DNA of 64,000 nucleotides, taken from positions 128,001 to 192,000 of IMG/VR virus record IMGVR_UViG_3300012953_000012. One strand, written 5' to 3'. Under the pieces are notes generated by a model. It had not been told where the DNA came from, did no database searches, and worked only from the letters and a program-made list of their open reading frames with translations. Positions 31,272 through 40,957 of the stretch are shown here, in pieces; positions within the stretch are counted from its first letter, which is position 1, and every line of letters starts with the position of its first letter. The DNA is from a virus. Its lineage: Duplodnaviria > Caudoviricetes. The position numbers were made by a program, and so were the translations under genes.

Positions 31272-31556
31272 TCAAGCGTCTCCCTGGGATTGCTCGGCAG
31301 TCATAGCCAGAATGACCTCGTCCAACTCTCCTGCGATGTCTTTCAACTGTTGCCGTAGGGCGAGGGCTTCCAGCAGGGAGTGAGAAGTCACGTCGTGGAA
31401 GACCCTACGAGGAAGCACAGCCAGGATGGACCCCGTGCTCTCGGCAAGTGAGACCGCCATCTCATGAACCTCTTCCAGGTCCACGTCTGACACACCGCCC
31501 TCGGTCCAGAGGATCACGAGGTCGTAGGGACCCGCACGCACCGTGGTCCACGGCAT
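31272..31556 (-). CDS. Hypothetical protein
   Basis: Ordered C-terminal part of a longer ORF; start uncertain. Confidence 0.45.
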   Translation of the reverse strand: MPWTTVRAGPYDLVILWTEGGVSDVDLEEVHEMAVSLAESTGSILAVLPRRVFHDVTSHSLLEALALRQQLKDIAGELDEVILAMTAEQSQGDA

Positions 31557-32164
31557 GTTCACAGGAGTGCTGGGAGGAGGGGTTCGCCGGGTCATGGGAG
31601 GGACTGTACCCCCCGCCTCGCCCCAGCCGTAGTATGGGCTCACAGGCATCCCTGTTGGGCGTGGGGTTGTGTGCGGGTTCCTTGGGGCATGATCGGGCCG
31701 GGTGGGGGGACGATGGACGTAAGATCCAGGTCGTGATCCTGCGTGAGAGCCGGAAAACCAGGGATCAAGACAAACAGGCATAGAAATCAGGAACCGAAAT
31801 GGGTTCGTAGTGATCCTGGCCGGGCCGGGCTGTAGCGATTCCAAACCTGGCCGCAGTGAAATCGGGAGTGATCTCTGTTCCGTGATCTCTGACCCCTAAG
31901 CCCGGACGACTGGCTTCTGCTGCTTTGAGTGAGTGGGTGCTTGAGATGGCGTGACACCTACGACAGTGATCCCACGTTGTTGTAGATCGGCAGAGCCCCG
32001 GACCCGCACAACCAACGTGTAGTCACATCCGACCCAACAGCATGTAGTCACACGAGATCACGGTGACCCCACAACAGCCGCTGCGAAGAGACCTGAGGAG
32101 GCGGAGAGGAGCAGCCGAGGAGACGCTGAGGAGCCAGAGTGAGAAATCGCTGAACGCAAAAAAG

Positions 32165-32216
32165 CGCCCCCGCCCTCGCGCCTTCCTGGAACAAGGGAAG
32201 GGCGAGGGCGGGGGCG
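32165..32216 (-). terminator. Intrinsic terminator
   Basis: cgcccccgccctcgc...gcgagggcgggggcg stem with an A-run on its left (U-tail on the - strand), directly after a - strand ORF. Confidence 0.65.
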
Positions 32217-32233
32217 GTCAGATTGTCGAGGGC

Positions 32234-32731
32234 TTACTTGCCTTCGGAAGCGCGGACCTTGGCAACGCTGTTGCGCTTGTCGCCGTTGGCGAAGTCAGCC
32301 AACTGGGCGGCGTGGTGGTGAGCCAGGCGGTGGCAGACAGCCACCATCGACTGGCCTGCGAAGGTCTTGCTGAACTCCTTGGCGGGGGTTTTGCTCCAGG
32401 ACTTGCGCCCGGTGTAGGGGCACTTGCGAAGGAGGATCCAGGGGCTCTTACGGAAGCAGCCCTGGACGCGCTGGCGCATCACGCCGTCTTGCTGGCCACC
32501 GTCGAGGATGGCACCGAGGCGGGAGCCGACCTTGGAGTAGTTGTGGCCGAAGCCGATCCGGTTGTCGGCGTGGGTGGACTCGCTGGCCTTCTCAGAGGCC
32601 AACTGGCTGGCGTAGATGCGAGCCACGCCGCGCATGGCGGCGAAGTCGCCGCGAGTCATCCAGCCGAAGGGGGTCTTGACCCGGCGGGTGTCAGCAAGGA
32701 GGGCGCGGATGGAGGAAGCAGTGTGGGTCAT
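32234..32731 (-). CDS. Hypothetical early-type protein
   Basis: GGAGA RBS, leader hairpin and bipartite motif upstream. Confidence 0.7.
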   Translation of the reverse strand: MTHTASSIRALLADTRRVKTPFGWMTRGDFAAMRGVARIYASQLASEKASESTHADNRIGFGHNYSKVGSRLGAILDGGQQDGVMRQRVQGCFRKSPWILLRKCPYTGRKSWSKTPAKEFSKTFAGQSMVAVCHRLAHHHAAQLADFANGDKRNSVAKVRASEGK

Positions 32732-32810
32732 GTAATCTCCGTTGGCTGCATGGCAGCACTGGGGGAAGGGGAGCAGTCGGAGGGGCCGGGGTGGCTCCCT
32801 CTCTCACATA

Positions 32811-32838
32811 CTTACGGAAGCAGCAGACGGTTTTAACG
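32811..32838 (-). promoter_or_regulatory. Bipartite CGTTAA-N16-CGTAAG element (putative early promoter)
   Basis: One of 9 copies with identical spacing, all intergenic and oriented into the downstream gene. Confidence 0.7.
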
Positions 32839-32969
32839 GGACGGGATCAAAAAAGATCACGGGCCGATTTCTCGCTGGGGCAAGACGCAAAAAACCCGCC
32901 CCCGTGGCAGTCCTGACATCTCTTCCAGAGCAGGACCGCACACGGGGGCGGGAGTAAGTCGGGGCCAGG

Positions 32970-33281
32970 CTACGACCTGGCCTTCTTGATGGCAGCACGG
33001 CCAGCCTTCTCGGCCTCGGCCATGCCGTTGGCGAAGCCGCTGGCGAGGAGCACCTGCGGCGGCCAGCCGCGCCACGCACGACGCTTGTCGTGAGGGCCAC
33101 GGCGCATGACGCGCCAGGCCACAACGCCTTGCTGCCAGTCTTGCACCGACTCCCCGGAGAGGGGGCGGGTGTGGATCTCGCTCTCGCTCTTGTCCGCGTG
33201 GCGGATCGAGTTGGAGCAGTAGGACTGCCAGTCGGCCAACGCCAGGGCGTTGGCGACGGCGTGGATGTCGAGAGTAGGCAT
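32970..33281 (-). CDS. Hypothetical early-type protein
   Basis: GGAGA RBS plus leader hairpin; starts MPTLDIH. Confidence 0.7.
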   Translation of the reverse strand: MPTLDIHAVANALALADWQSYCSNSIRHADKSESEIHTRPLSGESVQDWQQGVVAWRVMRRGPHDKRRAWRGWPPQVLLASGFANGMAEAEKAGRAAIKKARS

Positions 33282-33373
33282 GGGGTCTCCAGTGGCTCCA
33301 GGGGAGCGCGGGGAAGGAGTGGGGAGGTTGGGGGAGGGGGCCTTTGTTTGTCGGTAGGCCCAAACCGCCGGGA

Positions 33374-33916
33374 TCACCCGGCGTGGAAGGAAGCGCAGAG
33401 CACCTTGCCGTGCTCCATGCCCTCGACCGCAGCGCCAATCTCGATCACCTCAAGGGTGTCGATGGCGTCGGTCCAGGAGCCGTACTCCCCCTCGGAAGGG
33501 GAGCCGTCGTACTTGGACACGAAGCAACGCTGGTCGCTGTCCCAGCGGTCGTAGTCGCTGGGGTGGACCCGGCGAGCCAGGTCAGCGGTCGGAGCAGCCA
33601 CGACGAAGCGGCTGTAGGTGTCGTAGCCACCCCGGCAGGTGCGGGTGACTTGCCAGAGGCGCATCGGACCTTCGGTCTCGATGTTGGCCTCGCGCTCGGC
33701 GGCGGCAGCCTCAGCGGCCTCGGCCTGGGCCAGGGCGCGAGCCTCGTCAGCGGCGTGGTTGGCTGCCGCAAGGGCAGCGAGGGCGATGCGACGGCCCTCG
33801 TGGCGGCGAGAGGCGTTCGCCTGGGTCTGGATGAACAGGGCGTAGCCAGCGTCGGAGTACGGGTACTCCATCGCCTTGCGGCGGGTCTCGCCGCGTCGGT
33901 GGTTGATGTGGGGCAT
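33374..33916 (-). CDS. Hypothetical early-type protein
   Basis: AAAGGA RBS plus leader hairpin; Ala-rich helix then a globular domain. Confidence 0.7.
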   Translation of the reverse strand: MPHINHRRGETRRKAMEYPYSDAGYALFIQTQANASRRHEGRRIALAALAAANHAADEARALAQAEAAEAAAAEREANIETEGPMRLWQVTRTCRGGYDTYSRFVVAAPTADLARRVHPSDYDRWDSDQRCFVSKYDGSPSEGEYGSWTDAIDTLEVIEIGAAVEGMEHGKVLCASFHAG

Positions 33917-34105
33917 GGTGTTCCTTTGGCAGCGTGGCTGCACTGGGGGTTGGAAGGGGACGGGCCTTTCACCCGGACGCCACTGTGTCGCGTGGTCCGC
34001 CTCGGCTCTTATATCCCTCGTGGCCTGCTACTAAGTCGAGGTGAACTCGCGGGCCGGGAGTGACCGTTTCCCCCCGTGGGGTCAAGGCGTCTTCCCTTGT
34101 GCTTA

Positions 34106-34133
34106 CTTACGGAAGCAGCGGCCCGGTTTAACG
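34106..34133 (-). promoter_or_regulatory. Bipartite CGTTAA-N16-CGTAAG element
   Basis: Exact consensus and spacing. Confidence 0.7.
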
Positions 34134-34157
34134 GCCAGGCCACAAAAAAAGTGAAAG

Positions 34158-34192
34158 ACCCCCTGCGCCGCGCTTTGCGGAACAGGGGGTCA
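34158..34192 (-). terminator. Probable intrinsic terminator
   Basis: gaccccctg...cagggggtc stem with A-runs on its left. Confidence 0.5.
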
Positions 34193-34349
34193 GCATCACA
34201 CACGCTTCTCCGGGGTCGGTAGTCCGTGCCTCGGCGCGGGGAGCGATGCAGTCAGTGTTGTCGTGTCTTCCAATCAGCCGGAACCTCCTACCGTGGCGCT
34301 ACTACGGAGAAGGGTCGTACAACCACCTCGCTCGACGGCGAGGGGTTCA

Positions 34350-34600
34350 TCACTCTTCGGCGGCGATAGCCATCAGGCTATCGTTCACAGCCTCGACCTC
34401 GGCCACCAACTCCCAGAGTTCGCTGACATTGAGCAGCGAAACTCCGAGGAGCCAGTTCCGGGGTCGCAGGCTACCGAAGACGTCCTTGTGCAGTTCCAGG
34501 TAGTGAAACACCGCCCAGTGAAGGCGGTATCTCGCGTCCCAGGTGCGAACATCGAAGGTGATGCGAAACTCCAGGTTGGGGTTGATGGGGAAGGGTGGAC
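34350..34600 (-). CDS. Hypothetical protein (5' end unresolved)
   Basis: Protein-like C-terminal part (LEFRITFDVRTWD...); no clear RBS or start found. Confidence 0.35.
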
Positions 34601-34880
34601 AAAGTGGTGAGGGACGTGAGAGGTCAAGCGCCACCCGGCCCCTCGTGGGGACCGGATGACGCGACCCTTCTTCACTCCCATGTGAAGTGTGGCCCGTCAG
34701 GGTGGGCCAGTCCCTTCTGCGCCTTGTCGCATTTCGCAGTCGCGTCCCCGTGTGGTGGGATGAAACCCCGCAGTTTCGCTCGCAGGTCGCGCTGTCGGTC
34801 ACGTCGTGAGCACGTCCAGTTTAGCGCCATTGGGAAGGGCGTCCCTCCCCCCCCCGAAGGGGGAAGGGAAGGGGTTGAGC

Positions 34881-35675
34881 CTACGCAGCCACGGTGTCGA
34901 GGATGTTGGCGACCACCGTGGGGTCCACAGTGATGCCAGCGGCATCGGAAGCCGACACAGCCTCAGCGCCGAGGTTCAGGACAAAGTCCGTACCGGGCTC
35001 CAGGCAGTAGGAAACGTAGCGGCGGCTGGGGAGGAGGCGGGTGATGATCCGCTTCGCGACCGTCTTGCCGCCGCTCTTGCTCTGGGGGCGGGCGTACTGG
35101 GCAGCCTCGATGACCTTGCGGCCCACGCGGAGGCCCTGGACGTAGATGGTGCCAGGGGTGCTCGCGGGAGCCTCGTTGGGGTCAGCGGGGCCGACGTAGA
35201 CGCGGTAGCCCTTGAGGGCCTTGCCGTCCACGACCAGGGGCTCGTAGACATGGTCGGTCGTGCTGGTGTTGGTGCCAGCGATGGACTTCGCGGTGCTGGC
35301 GATCATGTCGGCCAGGGCAGCGTCAAAGTCCGCACGGGTCACAGCCACCTGCGTGGCGTTCTTGCCGCGACCGCTCCAGGCCATGTGGCCGTCAGCGACC
35401 ATGGCGTCGAGGTCAGCGCCGGTCAGCGCGTCGAGGATGACAGCATCCTTGCGCTTGAGGGCGGTGTAGGACCGTCCAGCGACGAACGTGTCGCGGACCG
35501 TGTCGTTGCCCATCTGCACCTTCTTGCCACCGCGCTTTTCGCCGGGGGCGAGGCGGGTGACACCCTTGAGGGTGGTGACGACGGACATGAAGGAAGCGCC
35601 CTGGGCGCTACGGCTGCCAGCGACGGCAGCGGCGAGGGTGGAGGAGTTGGCGTTGGTCTTGGTTGCGGTGGTCAT
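34881..35675 (-). CDS. Hypothetical early-type protein
   Basis: AAAGGA RBS plus hairpin plus bipartite motif; strong GC3 codon bias. Confidence 0.75.
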   Translation of the reverse strand: MTTATKTNANSSTLAAAVAGSRSAQGASFMSVVTTLKGVTRLAPGEKRGGKKVQMGNDTVRDTFVAGRSYTALKRKDAVILDALTGADLDAMVADGHMAWSGRGKNATQVAVTRADFDAALADMIASTAKSIAGTNTSTTDHVYEPLVVDGKALKGYRVYVGPADPNEAPASTPGTIYVQGLRVGRKVIEAAQYARPQSKSGGKTVAKRIITRLLPSRRYVSYCLEPGTDFVLNLGAEAVSASDAAGITVDPTVVANILDTVAA

Positions 35676-35749
35676 GATGATGTTCCTTTGGCCCCTGTGG
35701 GGCACTGGGTCTGGGAGCGGAGAGCAGCAGTGTGCCGCCCTCTCACATA

Positions 35750-35777
35750 CTTACGGAAGCAGGAGGGAGTTTTAACG
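35750..35777 (-). promoter_or_regulatory. Bipartite CGTTAA-N16-CGTAAG element
   Basis: Exact consensus and spacing. Confidence 0.7.
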
Positions 35778-35801
35778 AGACAGGGTGAAAGTTTTTTCGG
35801 A

Positions 35802-35842
35802 GATCGCTGAAAACCCCCACAGTGAAGGGGTTTTCAGCGATC
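35802..35842. terminator. 16-bp perfect inverted repeat (terminator-like)
   Basis: gatcgctgaaaacccc-9nt-ggggttttcagcgatc directly after a - strand stop. Confidence 0.65.
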
Positions 35843-35845
35843 CGA

Positions 35846-36151
35846 CTACTTGAGCATCCGGGAGGGGCAGATCACGACATCGCCTACGATGTCTCCCTCA
35901 GGGCCGAAGGCTGCTGAGGCGACCACGTTCTTCGGGAGGCCGTGGAGTCGGCCTTCCTCGTTCATGATCATGATCCGCTTGATCTCGCGGCTCTTGGTCT
36001 TGGGCATCGGGTAGGTCTGGATGTAGCCTCCCACGGCCTTCTGCAACTCTTTGAGTCCGAAGTGCTTGCCGCTCTCGGGGTGGATGGGGGTCACCTTGCC
36101 ATCGGAGGTGATCAGGACAGGTTGGTGCGGGTCGAAGGTGGAAGTAGAGAT
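35846..36151 (-). CDS. DUF3846-like small phage protein
   Basis: LKELQKAVGGYIQ, MNEEGRLHGLPKN..AS, IVGDVVIC; start is either ATC at 36151 or GTG at 36220. Confidence 0.7.
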   Translation of the reverse strand: MSTSTFDPHQPVLITSDGKVTPIHPESGKHFGLKELQKAVGGYIQTYPMPKTKSREIKRIMIMNEEGRLHGLPKNVVASAAFGPEGDIVGDVVICPSRMLK

Positions 36152-36216
36152 AGGAGCCTCCTTGGAAAGGCAGACCCCACCTCTCCAGGAGAGGCGGGGT
36201 CGTAGGGTTGGGGGGA

Positions 36217-36687
36217 TCACTGAGCAGGCTTGAAGCCTACGCGCGGGGTCGGTTCATCAAGCACGACGTACTGGAGGATCTCTTCGGCGTTGCCGTCCTG
36301 GAGCCTCTCCATTTCGGCGGTCAAGAGATCGTTGATGTCGGGGCGCGTCCGAACGGTGGTGACAGTGCGGAAGTACTTGTCGAAGTCAGGGCCGAGATCC
36401 TTGCGGGCCTTCGACCAGTCAGCGCCCTTCAGAGCCTCGTAGCGGGTCTCAGGGAACGTGACGGACACGCGCCCGTTGGACACCTGGTAGGCAACGTGGC
36501 CCGCTCCAGGCTCCCGCTCGGTACGGGCGAGGTCTCGGAGCAACCCTTTGAGGGGTTCCAGAGCGTCCTGGGCCTGTCGAACGTGGCGAGCCAGTTCGAC
36601 AGCGACTTCAGACAGGGAATCAGCACTGCCGCCTCGCTTGGCAAGGTCAGCGGCGTCGTCGAGTAGTTGGTTGAATGGGGTAGTCAT
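36217..36687 (-). CDS. Hypothetical early-type protein
   Basis: GGAGA RBS plus leader hairpin. Confidence 0.7.
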   Translation of the reverse strand: MTTPFNQLLDDAADLAKRGGSADSLSEVAVELARHVRQAQDALEPLKGLLRDLARTEREPGAGHVAYQVSNGRVSVTFPETRYEALKGADWSKARKDLGPDFDKYFRTVTTVRTRPDINDLLTAEMERLQDGNAEEILQYVVLDEPTPRVGFKPAQ

Positions 36688-36765
36688 GGGGTCTCCGGCG
36701 GCTGGGCCGCAACAGGTGACCACAGAGGGTGCGGCAACCCGCACCCCCGTGGCGGGGGGTGGGGG

Positions 36766-37584
36766 TTACTGGGCGAAGCACTCAGGGTGGAACACACCAC
36801 CACCGTCCTCAGCGGGGCGGTAGTGGGCAGTCGATCCAGCCGGGATCGTCTTGCCGCAAGAGTGACAAGGGCAGGCGAAGGGGACCGTGACTCCTGTCGG
36901 GGTCACAGGGACCTCCACCGTGTCTTCGGCAGCAGAGAGGCCCGCAGCCAGGACGAGTTCAGTCTTCGCGTCGAGCGCCGCAGCGACCTCAGCGAAGTCC
37001 GCCATGCCAGCCTGCTGACACAAGCCAGCGAGCGGGCAGGTGCGGCACTGATCGGAGCGGGAAGACCACGCACCGAAGCACCGGGTCTGCTCGGCAGCCA
37101 TGCGCCGCAAGCCCATGTCGGCAGCCTCGTAGCCGACGCTGTTCACAGCATCGGCCTGAGGGGTGAAGGACACGCCGTCCTTCGTGACCACGTTGACGGC
37201 CACAGGAGCGGCCACAGGAGCCTTCGCAGGCTCCTTCGGGGTCTGGACAGGCATCTCGGCCACAGGGGCCTCAGGAGCGGCCACAGGGGCCTCCACAGGC
37301 CCGGAGAGGGCGTAGTAGCCCCGGCGGGGGCAGGTGATCGCGCCTTCGGCCTTCAACTTGCCAGCGGCGAGGGTGACGGCACGCATCCCGCGAGGGTAGG
37401 GCTTCCCCCTCTTGGTCATGTTGCCCCAGGTGTCCCAGCCGGGGAAGGACGGCTGGATCTCACACCAGTTCAGGACGGAGGCGAATCGAATCTCGCCACC
37501 ACACGGGGCGAGTGCTGTAAGGGCGGCGATGACGACGCCCTTCCAGGCGTCGGCGTTGTGGGTCGTGGGGAAAGTGAAGGACAT
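36766..37584 (-). CDS. Protein with a putative N-terminal winged helix and two C-terminal Cys/His zinc sites
   Basis: Mrr-N-like pattern (..LKAEGAITCPRRGYYALS); CFGAW..CRTCPLAGLC; CHSCGKTI..HPEC. Confidence 0.6.
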   Translation of the reverse strand: MSFTFPTTHNADAWKGVVIAALTALAPCGGEIRFASVLNWCEIQPSFPGWDTWGNMTKRGKPYPRGMRAVTLAAGKLKAEGAITCPRRGYYALSGPVEAPVAAPEAPVAEMPVQTPKEPAKAPVAAPVAVNVVTKDGVSFTPQADAVNSVGYEAADMGLRRMAAEQTRCFGAWSSRSDQCRTCPLAGLCQQAGMADFAEVAAALDAKTELVLAAGLSAAEDTVEVPVTPTGVTVPFACPCHSCGKTIPAGSTAHYRPAEDGGGVFHPECFAQ

Positions 37585-37651
37585 GAGGTATCTCCGTTGG
37601 CCCGAGGCGGGCACTGGGTTGGGAGTGGTTGGGAGTGGTTGGGTTCAGGTA

Positions 37652-37679
37652 CTTACGGGAGCAGGAGGCAAGATTAACG
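37652..37679 (-). promoter_or_regulatory. Bipartite CGTTAA-N16-CGTAAG element
   Basis: Exact consensus and spacing. Confidence 0.7.
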
Positions 37680-37721
37680 CCCACGGGGTCACTTTTTTCA
37701 GTGACCCCGTGGGCGTCGGGT

Positions 37722-38927
37722 CTACAGGTCCTCGTCAGCGAACACGCCACCAGTGACGTGAGCGTCGATCAGGGACTTGGCGATCAGCCGGTTGTCGGGG
37801 TCGAGCCGGTCAAGCCAGGCCCGGAAGCCCTTCTTGAGCAGACCCTTCGGCGGGGTGCCCTTCCCGAACCACAGGAGATCATCACACTCGGCAAGGATCT
37901 CGCAGAGTCCCCGGTGAGTGAGGTCAGCCTCCAGGTCCACCGTGGACTCGCCACGGATCGCGTTGCGGATCGCCACGGTAGCAGCCCCCAACTCATCGAA
38001 GACCAGGGGAGCCTTCGCAGCGAGGTCAGCAAACTTGCCTCGCAGGATGGCACCCTCGTCCTTCCAGTCGAGGTATTCGGCCTCCACGAAGCGGCCCATG
38101 CGGTCAAGCAGGGACGCATCCATGACCCGAGAGGACATGCGACCGTCCACGTCACCGGTCCCGCAGGAGTTCGCCGTGAAGGCGAAGCGGGTGCCGGGGA
38201 ACAGGGTGTGAACCTGACCCGTGGGGCCGACGAGCCGCTTGCTGGTGGTGTCCAGCATCAGCCGGAACTCTTCCAACTGCTCAGGCGTGCCACGGTCCAC
38301 GTCGCTGAAACAGATCAACGCGGGGTGGCGGCTGCCGTCTGCGGCCTGGATGCCGTGGATCAGCGCGTCCCAGAGGATGCCGTAGGACCAGGAGGTCCCG
38401 TTGGCACCGATCTCGCGGCTGTAAAACCACCGCTTCACGTCGGTGCCCGACGTGAACGTGTAGATCAGGCTCGGAGTGCGCGTGTCGGCGCAGAAGGCCG
38501 AGATCGCGGCGTCCTTACCGGTGCCCGAGGGACCCCAGTAAAAGACAGGGTGGCCACGACGCAGCGCCAGGACGACCCGGCGGGTGCGCTCCAGCGCCTT
38601 CCCGCAGGAGGGCCACTGGTAGCCTTCGGGCTTCGGAAGGCACTGGCCCTCCGCGATGGCCACGTTGACAGGGGCCTTGACGCCCATCATGTCGTGACTG
38701 AGGGTGGCGAGAGCCGGGGCCGGGGATCGGCGCTGACCCTTGCGCTTGTCCTTCACACCCTGGATCAGGGCGTGGCTGACAGTGGCAGCACCGGGGTGAG
38801 CGGAGAGGTAGTCGGCCACCGAGAGGCCGTGGGCCTCACGAAGGTGGTCGAGGAGGGAGTGTGACTTGTGGCCACAGCCAGGGACCTGGCAGACGACGCG
38901 GTCGTCAACGAGTTTCAAAGCAGTCAT
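37722..38927 (-). CDS. MoxR/CbbQ/CobS-like AAA+ ATPase with N-terminal C2H2 zinc finger
   Basis: Walker A GPSGTGKD, Walker B variant ICFSDVDR, FTANSCG, DASLLDRM; CQVPGC..HLREAH. Confidence 0.85.
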   Translation of the reverse strand: MTALKLVDDRVVCQVPGCGHKSHSLLDHLREAHGLSVADYLSAHPGAATVSHALIQGVKDKRKGQRRSPAPALATLSHDMMGVKAPVNVAIAEGQCLPKPEGYQWPSCGKALERTRRVVLALRRGHPVFYWGPSGTGKDAAISAFCADTRTPSLIYTFTSGTDVKRWFYSREIGANGTSWSYGILWDALIHGIQAADGSRHPALICFSDVDRGTPEQLEEFRLMLDTTSKRLVGPTGQVHTLFPGTRFAFTANSCGTGDVDGRMSSRVMDASLLDRMGRFVEAEYLDWKDEGAILRGKFADLAAKAPLVFDELGAATVAIRNAIRGESTVDLEADLTHRGLCEILAECDDLLWFGKGTPPKGLLKKGFRAWLDRLDPDNRLIAKSLIDAHVTGGVFADEDL

Positions 38928-38988
38928 GGTAGTGTTCCTTTGGCCGCTCAGTGCGGCTCTGGGGGATGGAGGGAAATGCTCTCAGGTA

Positions 38989-39016
38989 CTTACGGAAGCA
39001 GGGGACGGTTTTAACG
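38989..39016 (-). promoter_or_regulatory. Bipartite CGTTAA-N16-CGTAAG element
   Basis: Exact consensus and spacing. Confidence 0.7.
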
Positions 39017-39036
39017 CCGCCCCCCTGAAAAAAGTC

Positions 39037-39420
39037 TCAAAGGCCGAACATCTCGGCCATGTCGCGGAGCAGGAGGTACTCGTTGCGACGTGCGGTGATG
39101 TACCGCTGCCCCACAGCAACGATGTGCTTGCAGGGACGACCGTTGCGGCCAAAGTCCTTGCAGGTGCAGGACATGGACCGGGTACGGCCTCGGACAGGAC
39201 CGGCGATGACGACGGTGTAGACCTTGTCGGACGTGGCCGACTCGACGGTGGCCCGGATGGCTCCTGTCTTCTTGCTCTCGGTCGCCTTGACGATGGCGAC
39301 AGTAGCGGCTCGCTCGGTGCGGCGACCGCAGGCACCGTCCAGCATGATGCGGACGGCCTTGCCACGCTCAACGAGCGTGGCCTTGCGCTGCTCAATGTCA
39401 GCGGTGGTGATGGTGTTCAT
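39037..39420 (-). CDS. SWIM zinc-finger protein
   Basis: YTVVI...SCTCKDF...PCKHIVAV. Confidence 0.8.
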   Translation of the reverse strand: MNTITTADIEQRKATLVERGKAVRIMLDGACGRRTERAATVAIVKATESKKTGAIRATVESATSDKVYTVVIAGPVRGRTRSMSCTCKDFGRNGRPCKHIVAVGQRYITARRNEYLLLRDMAEMFGL

Positions 39421-39446
39421 GGGGTGCTCCAGAAGGGGTTCATGGT

Positions 39447-39474
39447 CTTACGGGAGCAGGGGGAGGTTTTAACG
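39447..39474 (-). promoter_or_regulatory. Bipartite CGTTAA-N16-CGTAAG element
   Basis: Exact consensus and spacing. Confidence 0.7.
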
Positions 39475-39510
39475 GCCTGTGGGTCAACTTTTTCGTGATC
39501 CCACGAACGG

Positions 39511-39544
39511 CACCAACCTCCTCTCGTAAGAGAGGAGGTTGGTG
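39511..39544. repeat. 15-bp perfect inverted repeat with GTAA loop between divergent promoters
   Basis: caccaacctcctctc-gtaa-gagaggaggttggtg. Confidence 0.8.
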
Positions 39545-39644
39545 AATCCGACGAGATTCACTGTTGTTCGGTGAGATCACGGCACGGGGTCACTGTTGCA
39601 CAACGGCGTGGTGTGGGTGGTTTTCATCTTTTTCAGGGGGGTCC

Positions 39645-39672
39645 CGTTAAAACATGCGGCTGCTTCCGTAAG
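39645..39672 (+). promoter_or_regulatory. Bipartite CGTTAA-N16-CGTAAG element
   Basis: Exact consensus on +, divergent from the 39447 copy. Confidence 0.7.
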
Positions 39673-39734
39673 TACCTGACACCAATCACCCACCACTTCA
39701 CCCTGCGCCGCGACGAGCGGCCATCGGAGAGACC

Positions 39735-40853
39735 ATGCCTACGAAGCAAGCCGCCCCACGGGGCACGACGACCCTCAGTGGTCGCAAGTGGATCGGAGCC
39801 GCCCAGGCTTCGGTCGATTCAATCCTGGGGGATGCGTCCCCCAAAGTCTCCAGCCGTGGAGGCTCGTTCTTCAACGTCAACCGCTGGACCGCCCGGATCC
39901 TGTTCGGTCGGCTGACCGAGAGCATCAAGTACGGCAACGAGATGGACGAGACCACCGTCCGCAACGGTCTCGACCTGGCCAACGGCACCAAGGTGCCCAA
40001 GCGCGAGATCGTGATCGCTGCGGTTCCTGACCGCATCCCGCCCTGGCTGGCACGGTCCTCCGTTGGAGGCCGCTACCACGAGGCGTGGCATGATCTCTAC
40101 TCGTGTACGCGGGACCTGACCTTCGACGAGGTCAACGGGCCGCTGATGGCTCGCTGGGATCTGCTCGACGACTGGGGTCCTTTCGTTGGCGCTGTCCTCA
40201 CCTGGGGCAACGTGATCGAGGACATCCGCATCGAGCGTCACGGCTGCCGGGAGTTTCCCGGCTCCCAGGACAAGATGGAAGACCTCCAGGACTTGATCCT
40301 GGTCATGGAGTCCGAGGGCCGGACGGCTGCGGAGCACCGTGGTCTGCCTACCAACGACGACATGGCTGTGGTCATGGGCGCGTTCCGTGATCTCGGTCTG
40401 GGCTACCAGACTGAGAAGCAGGAGGCCGCGCTCGCTGGCTACCAGAAGCGGTCGCCCGCTGGCTGGCGGCTCGTCACTGAGGGACCGTTGAAGCCTCTCC
40501 TGGACCGTGCCATCACCATGGGCCGGGACGATGACCTGGGTCACTGGTGGCTCGCCATGGAGGTCGTGGCTGTGCTGGCATCCCTCGGGAAGCAGACTCA
40601 GCAGCAGCCTCCACCCCCTGGCGGCGAAGGCGACGAAAGCCAGCCCCCGCCTCCCGGACCTCCGAGTGATTGTGACGACTCGGATGGTGAGAGCGGCAAG
40701 GGCAAGCCTCCCCGGTTCCCCCTGTTCAAGGTGGGTGATCGTGCGAAGGCGAAGCGTGGAGCCTACGCGGGCAAGATCGTCGAGGTGACCTTCGCTGGTC
40801 CTCCCGACGAGGAAGGCCGCCAGAGCCTCAAGTTTGCCGTCGTCGAAGATTGA
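39735..40853 (+). CDS. vWA-associated putative zinc metallopeptidase (CobT N-terminal-like)
   Basis: YHEAWH (HExxH) plus NVIEDIRIE third-ligand motif. Confidence 0.7.
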   Translation: MPTKQAAPRGTTTLSGRKWIGAAQASVDSILGDASPKVSSRGGSFFNVNRWTARILFGRLTESIKYGNEMDETTVRNGLDLANGTKVPKREIVIAAVPDRIPPWLARSSVGGRYHEAWHDLYSCTRDLTFDEVNGPLMARWDLLDDWGPFVGAVLTWGNVIEDIRIERHGCREFPGSQDKMEDLQDLILVMESEGRTAAEHRGLPTNDDMAVVMGAFRDLGLGYQTEKQEAALAGYQKRSPAGWRLVTEGPLKPLLDRAITMGRDDDLGHWWLAMEVVAVLASLGKQTQQQPPPPGGEGDESQPPPPGPPSDCDDSDGESGKGKPPRFPLFKVGDRAKAKRGAYAGKIVEVTFAGPPDEEGRQSLKFAVVED

Positions 40854-40872
40854 GACTTTTCGGGCCGGTGGC

Positions 40873-40900
40873 CGTTAAAACGGTCGCCGGTTTCCGTAAG
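40873..40900 (+). promoter_or_regulatory. Bipartite CGTTAA-N16-CGTAAG element
   Basis: Exact consensus and spacing. Confidence 0.7.
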
Positions 40901-40957
40901 TATGTGAACCCCTTCCCCCTACCCCCAGACGCCCATCGAGGGCGCACAGGAGATCCC

